Source: the human T2T-CHM13v2.0 reference genome, Homo sapiens
Length of the DNA stretch: 64,000 bases
Assembly: GCF_009914755.1 (NCBI RefSeq)
Contig: NC_060940.1
Reading direction: 5' to 3' (one strand)
Shown piece by piece: positions 57,636-64,000 of this stretch. Both the position numbers and the translations under genes were made by a program. The notes under the pieces are model-generated. The model saw nothing but the letters and a program-made list of their open reading frames with translations. It did not search any database and was not told the DNA's origin. Within the stretch, counting starts at the first letter, position 1. Every line of letters begins with the position of its first letter.

Positions 57636-58482
57636 CAATCTCTGTTTTAAAGCCAGCTGATCAGCAACCTTAATTCCATTGGCAACCTTAATTTGGGAGG
57701 TGGAGAGAGTATGAGAATTGTAGACCGAAACTTCATGAAAAGATTTATCAGTATCTCTTTGTTTAAGGCACTAAATTTTAGAAAGGATATGTAGATAGAC
57801 TACTCTTACCCACACATCGTGATGATCTAATTGGACCATGAGTATATTTTCATCTAAATCTGCCTACCAAGCCTGTACATATATTGATAATATATTCATA
57901 TGTAAGGACTCAGGTGTAAAAAGTAAGGGCAATGTAAGTGTCACATTAATAAACTGGGTTAGGATTAATGTTATCATTTCCTGTCTTATCACAACAAACA
58001 TTGTATCCATGGTGGAAAATATCACTTAAAAAATCTTCCAATCACACTCTACCTTGCAAGATTATCTGTTATAAATAAACAATATAGTATACTGACACAA
58101 AAATCTTTGTGGGCTTATTTCCATGGAATCTCTGCAGAATTTTGTTTTAAGCTTTGAACATCTCTGTGGTTCTTGAGACATACTTTCAGACTGCCTTCCA
58201 GGAAGATTGTATCAAGTTGAGATTCCACTACGGTGATCCTTGTGTTTGTGTCACTGTACCCTTAACAATTACCGGCTCTTAACTTTTCTTTATCTGGGGG
58301 CAAATGCTGGCATGTTATTTTTCATGTGCATTTCAAGGTTTTGTGTGAGTCAAACACACACACACACAGTTCCTTTGTCTGAACTTACAGTCATGTTTAG
58401 CTGGAGAGATGGCAGTGTTAAGACTTGTACATCCCTGCTTGCATGTAGTGAGCTTCTGATGATCATTTTATGTTTCTTGCCC

Positions 58483-58944
58483 TAAGGGAGGAGACCATCC
58501 CTCATATTGTCTTATGCCCAATTTCTGCCTCCAAAGAAGGAAAAAGTAAAAACTAAAAGGCAGAAATGAAATCCACAAGCAGACGGCCCAGCGCCACACC
58601 CTGGGCCTTGTAGTTAAAGATTGACCCCTGACCTAATCAGTTATGTTATCTATAGGTTACAGAAATTGTATAGAAAAGCACTGTGAAAATCCCTATCCTG
58701 TTTTGTTCCGATCTAATTACCGGTGCATGCAGACCCCAGTCACGTACCCCCTGCTTGCTCAATCGATCACGACCCTCTCACGTGCACCCCCTTAGAGTTG
58801 TGAGCCCTTAAAAGGGACAGGAATTGCTCACTTGGGGGGCTTGGCTCTTGAGACAGGAATCTTGCCGATGCCCCCGGCTGAATAAACCCCTTCCTTCTTT
58901 AACTCGGTGTCTGAGGACTTTTGTCTGCGGCTTGTCCTGCTACA
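58483..58944 (+). mobile_element. LTR2 (HERV-E) solo LTR, full length
   Basis: taagggaggagacca...ttgtcctgctaca, 462 bp; exact 4-bp TSD gccc at 58479-58482 and 58945-58948; TATA-like cttaaaag and AATAAA at 58881. Confidence 0.93.
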
Positions 58945-58978
58945 GCCCTACAGCTATATTCTATTACTAGATATTTGG

Positions 58979-59287
58979 GGCCAGGCATGGTAGCTCACAC
59001 CTGTAATCTCAGCACTTTGGGTGCCTGAGGTGGGTGGATCACCTGAGGTCAGGAGTTCGAGACCCGCCTGACCAATATGGTGAAACCCCGTCTCTGCTAA
59101 AAATACAAAAATTTGCCAGGGGTAGTGGTACATATCTGTAATCGCAGCTACTCAGGAGGCTGAGACAGGAGAATCGCTTGAACCTGGGAGGCAGAGATTG
59201 CAGTGAACCAAGATCACGCCACTGTACTCCAGCATGGGTGACAGAGCAAGACTCCATCTCAAAAAAAAAAAAAAAAGAAAAAAGAAA
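58979..59287 (+). mobile_element. AluSx-type
   Basis: Full dimer with A-tail; flanks aga(t/a)atttgg. Confidence 0.95.
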
Positions 59288-60583
59288 TTTGGAATGAAAG
59301 CAATGAGATTCCTTCTTGTTTGTGACTTATAAACGGGTTCCAATAGAAGTTTCTGAAGAGGTATTCCAGAGATAATGGCAGTGGCAGCATCTACGCTAAA
59401 AAACATTTTAGTGCCCCAGAGACGTAATTTGGAGGGAAAATACTTATTCAGGTGAGAGATATCTTATCTGTCTGCAAAATAGAAACGGAGTCACATTGTG
59501 TTAGAGATGTAACTACTGTGTGCTTTGATTCTGTGTGATTTGAAAACTTACATCTGAAAATCCTGTGCACACACAATCCATTGATCGAATGTTGAACTAT
59601 ATCATCTCAAAAAAGCTCTGTGTGTGTGTGTGTTTTGCTTTATTTGCATATTTTGCCCAAAGAAGAATCATCAGAGTTAAAGAGGTCATCAAACTGTTTT
59701 CTAAATCATTTCTCTTCGGAATGACTCACAAGTCCATGGACTGTGTGTCATGCTTTGTTTCTGATTCTGTTGATCTAGATTTTGCATGTGTTGCTTGGGT
59801 CATCTCATATTACAAAAAATATTGGCTTTTAAGAGCCAGCTTCTGCATTTTGGCCTTCACCCAAGAAACCTTGTAACACATTTTGTTTTTCATCAGTACA
59901 TCCCTTTGGGTAAGATCTCAGTGTCAAATTTTGTCGGACTAAATTGTGTCTTTCATGGCTGAAGATGAGAGGATGACTCAAATGAAGGGCAAGCTGTTAA
60001 TAGTTCGCCATGAAGCTGAAGGCCACGCAGGCTTTGTAATTTGGTTCATTATGTTCTTGCATTTTTAAGGGATTCTTTTCAAAGCATTTTACGTACAGCC
60101 AATTCCTATTAGTGTGGTGAATTAATTGGCTTGAAGAATCATTGTTTTGCGTACTGTGACTTGATGGTTCACATTTCTACTGGATACCTGCTCACCCAAC
60201 CCCCCACAGTATGGAAAGAGAGTAGAGGAACCCAGGTGCTGGGATGCCAGGAAGGGTGGACAACAGGGCCCTAAACTCAAGGCTGAAACTGCTCTCCAAC
60301 TTAGCTTCCCTTCTGGCTCCTGTGGTTTTTCTTTAGCTCCTTCTCCATTTCAGGAGTTGAGCCCCTTTTTTCCTCCCATTCTCAGGACTCAGAAGATCAG
60401 GGCTAACAACCTAGTGCCCATCTACCATGCCCCCTTGAAGTACAGAAAATATTCAGGCGGTATCTTAGTGTCTCCACCTTTGGATAAAGTATTTTTGCTT
60501 TAAACAAATTAGAGGTGATTTGCATCCTCTGTCTCCCTCACCATATTATTCACTGTTGTCATTTGAGAATTAAATTGACAAGC

Positions 60584-60617
<34 letters not shown>

Positions 60618-61379
60618 TTTCAGAAAGTGTGTAGTGTCATGGAAGGAACTATGTGGTAGCTAGGCTGATACTATAATATTTCGCAGCCTTTAGTTTGTGG
60701 CAGGATGCTACATAATATACAGACGCTCATTGTGTGGTTTAATGTGTAGCTTCATGTGTATTAATAAAAATATATAAGAAACTCATTAAGCTCCTCAATT
60801 CATGGATGATTTTGCCACAAATGAGGCAAGAGTAAAAAGTAGCAATCAATGTAAAGCAAAGCTACTAAGTAAATAGCTTAGTAAAGATAATGAAACAAAA
60901 AAAATGTAAGGGAGTCCATGCAAAAACATTCAGCAAGTGTGAGCACAGTGAGGGGAATGTGAGTGTTACAGTCGGACCTAAGTTTGAGTTCAGGCTGATG
61001 ACAAATCAGCTTTGACACCATGGACCAGGTCCTTAAATTTCTTTGCTGCGATGAGTATTTGTTCAGATTGTTTTAAGCCAAATGAGACAGTGCAAAAAAA
61101 GGCCAGACCTGTATGGGACACCAAATCAATGTTAGTCCTCTTCTTTTTAAAAAAAAAAAAAAAAAAACAAGTAATCAGTTTAATGTACTCTGATATTGTT
61201 TACCACTGGGATTCTTGTTCATCAATTAAGGCTACAGAGTCCACCAGCCTAGAGTCCATGGAGTCAGACCAACTGTCAGCTGTAATATGCCGGAGATGGA
61301 GAGAAAGGACAGATGGCCAGAGCTCAGGCCAAAACTTTGGATTCCAGTCTCTTAAAGAGGCATAGCCTCTTCCAAAGAG

Positions 61380-62200
61380 GGCTCTCTGCAGTCAATATCA
61401 TATCAGCTACCTGTTTGGCACCAGGCATTGGGTCCAGGCTTCAGGATTTGCTAATAAACTCCCGTCCTCATGTGGCCAGACAGAGAGGTAGACGTAAATT
61501 GAATTATCACACCAATAGGTAATAACCCATGGGAAGTGTTACAAAGCAAGGAGGCTGACGCCATGGGAATGTAAGCCAGGGACACCCTAGCTGTTCTGGA
61601 GGAGTAAGGGAGGCTCTTCTTGATATTTGGGCCAAGATCTGAAGGATGAATAGCGGCAGCAAGGAAGCGTAGGTAGGAAACCCATGGTTGGTAGGAGGGT
61701 TGTATGTAAAAATACCTGCAAGAAAGGATGTGATGAGTTGGAAGAACTGAAAAAAGATGAGTGTAACTGGATAATAAGGAAGAAGAGGGATTCCTTGTAA
61801 CATGAAATGAGTGTGAGGAAGTGGGCTGTGGCCAGATTACAGAAAGACTTGTCAAAGCAAAGGTATTTGCTGTTTTTCCTAAGAGTGATGAGAAACCATT
61901 GAAAGGTATCCAATAGAGGGTGACATAAATCAATAAACATTGACAAAGACACCCTGGAAGCCCTATAGGAAACAGATGGTGGCAGGCAGTCATGGCTGTG
62001 CAGGAAGACCCACAGGGCGCCTTGCACAGTAGCCCTGGTGAGAAGTGACAGAAGCTAATCTCAAGGAGTGTTGAGGGGGATGGAGAGAAAAGGGGACATT
62101 CAGGAAGTGAAACAATGGATGTGGGCAGGATATGTTGATAGAGTGGCTGCGGATAGAAGAGAAGGTTTCATTTGAGGAAGAGAATGACTCATGAGTTTCT
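61380..62200 (-). mobile_element. L2 region
   Basis: agctacctgtttggcaccaggcattggg...ggggtgacata...gccagattacagaaagacttg...gaaaccattgaaagg. Confidence 0.7.
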
Positions 62201-62439
62201 CCTTCCTTGATCCCTGAGAGAGGAGCCATCCTCTAGACAATATTTAGAGCAAAATGATAAACATGCAACTGTATTTATCATACTTTCTGGTTGCTCAAAA
62301 ATCCTTGCCTCCAATGATGTCAATAATATTTTAATTAAGTTATTATAAATGTAAAATAGTTTTGCCCTCTCTAGGAAAGGATAAAGCTGGGCCCCTAAAA
62401 ACTGGGGAGTAATATTTGACTTCAGACTCAGTACCAGCT

Positions 62440-62640
62440 TTGTATCAGACACTTTCATGTGTTATTTTAGTTAATCTGCACCAAGATCCTGCAAAGTCAC
62501 CATGGTGGGCTCTTATTAATAACACAAAAACCAGGATACGGAGAGGTGCATGCTCTGCTCAGGGCCCGGATCTGGTGTGTCAGCAGGATTCAGTATCAGG
62601 TCTCCTGAATCCAGGTCCAGTGCTCTTTCCACAGCTCCTT
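62440..62640 (-). mobile_element. MIR
   Basis: cactttcatgtgttattttagttaatctgcac...gcaggattc...aggtctcctgaatccagg...gtgctctttccac. Confidence 0.6.
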
Positions 62641-63199
62641 AAAGCCCTCCAGTCAGCCTTTCACAGATGTCCCCCACCTCCAGCAATTCTCCCCTCCACC
62701 TCTCCCACCAGTGCAGGTGGCATCTGGATCTCCCTCCCATGATCAGCCAAGCTTTCCACCGTGTGAGCAGGAAACCACTAGCACTAGAATCTCTCAAAGT
62801 GCTGGTTTAAACATAAATTCCTAAAGAATCTGATTTTACCCACTTCCCTGGATGATCCATAGGCCCACTGTGATAAAGCTGAATGAGTTACTCCTCCCTG
62901 GGATATTTCATCTCAATGGAGGAAAATAATTCTGTTGGGGTCCAAAAATCACACCAAGGCTAAGGCAATACAGGGCCCCCCAACACTCATCACCATTCTC
63001 TGTGACCTTTCCCATCTCTGGGACCTCTCCATTATACTTTGTTTTCTGCAATGTTTCACTTTTCAATTAATAACCAATTTCCTTCTACTTTTGTATTTGA
63101 CAGCTTCTCAAAAAGTGATCAGACAAAATATGATTTTTAAGCATTCAGCATGCACAGTTGAAGATTAGAAGGACACTGGAAAAAATTGATGTTTATGGG

Positions 63200-63269
63200 A
63201 AATGTATGTGTATATTTGTATGTGTGTGCTATGTCTGTGGTACATGTACATATGTCTGCCTGCATCTGA

Positions 63270-63301
<32 letters not shown>

Positions 63302-63312
63302 ATGTGCGTGCT
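63200..63312. repeat. (TG)n-rich microsatellite
   Basis: Direct reading; pure (TG) core at about 63270-63293. Confidence 0.9.
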
Positions 63313-63524
63313 GCTCCAGATAGACCTACAAACATCTGTCTTCCTGGCCTGTGTACTTGGGAGTGGTGAATGAGTCCAACAGCCACACAGTGAAATTCCT
63401 AGCAGGTGGCAAGACTCAGCCTCCTGTTTGGAGCTTATTTTATTTTCCTATAGCTGAACCTGGGAATACAGTTCCCAAATTCCACAAGACCCTTGGATTT
63501 CCATCTCCAACCCCTGTGTCTCAG

Positions 63525-63692
63525 TACAACATCACTCAAACAGTAATGTGCACCCGAATTCTCTAGAAACAATGTTAAAATGGGTTTCCTCTGTAGGATC
63601 TAGACAGGACCGAGGAGCCTGCATTTCTAACCAGCTCCTGGGGGATGCCAATGCTGCTGGCTTGGAGACTGACCTTTGAATAGCAAGGTACT
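63525..63692. mobile_element. MER5A
   Basis: ctgcatttctaaccagctcctgggggatgccaatgctgctgg...gacctttgaatagcaagg. Confidence 0.8.
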
Positions 63693-64000
63693 AGAACACA
63701 CAGCACAGACATTGGTCAGATGTGTAATTGCTCGGAGTTCAGGCTACCTACTATGGAATTAGTTATTAAAATCCTGCAACATTGGATAACTGTTTCTAGC
63801 TGTCATTTGTTGAGTGCCCCTCTCATCTGCCTCCACAGTGGACTTTTTTTTTAATATCACACCTTGTTATTCCCATGCAGGTCAACCATTGAATCTAAGA
63901 ATAGAAATCCTCATGTCTGAAGGGGTGGTCTTGAAGTAGGCAATGAGGGCCTGGGTGGTTTCCATTTCCTTTGAGCAAGTATTTCATTGCCTTCTGCCAT

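Larger units (their letters stand above)
56841..57692 (-). mobile_element. MLT1 (C/D-like) LTR with an AluJ insertion
   Basis: tgtattaatgtcctatggctgctgta...aatcaaggtgtccgcagggct...ccttgccttttctagcttcta...gcaaccttaattcc. Confidence 0.82.

Noticed and set aside
61451-62027. Longest ORF (180 aa) and overlapping ORFs
   Set aside because: Lie within a degenerate L2; composition is not protein-like.

Overview
Non-coding primate (human-like) genomic DNA. It contains AluJ/S/Y, L1, L2, MIR, MaLR/ERV LTRs and DNA-transposon fossils, separated by repeat-free blocks that look like conserved regulatory elements. I see no protein-coding exon, RNA gene or CpG island, and I cannot name the locus. All listed ORFs are chance ORFs, Alu/L1 read-throughs or broken Tigger1 transposase. 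Repeat family names come from recalled consensus sequences, not a database search, so subfamily calls are approximate. The most unusual structure is a cluster of three short local templated insertions, where unique sequence from 1-3 kb away was copied into another element (27031-27237 to 29594-29803; 38132-38200 to 40196-40269; and a two-donor patch at 51120-51280). Also notable: a twin-primed, 5'-inverted old L1MA with intact TSD; a near-full-length Tigger1; an intact solo HERV-E LTR2; a site hit twice by retrotransposons; and a triple-hairpin non-repeat block at about 30.75-30.89 kb. I found no evidence for a new gene system.
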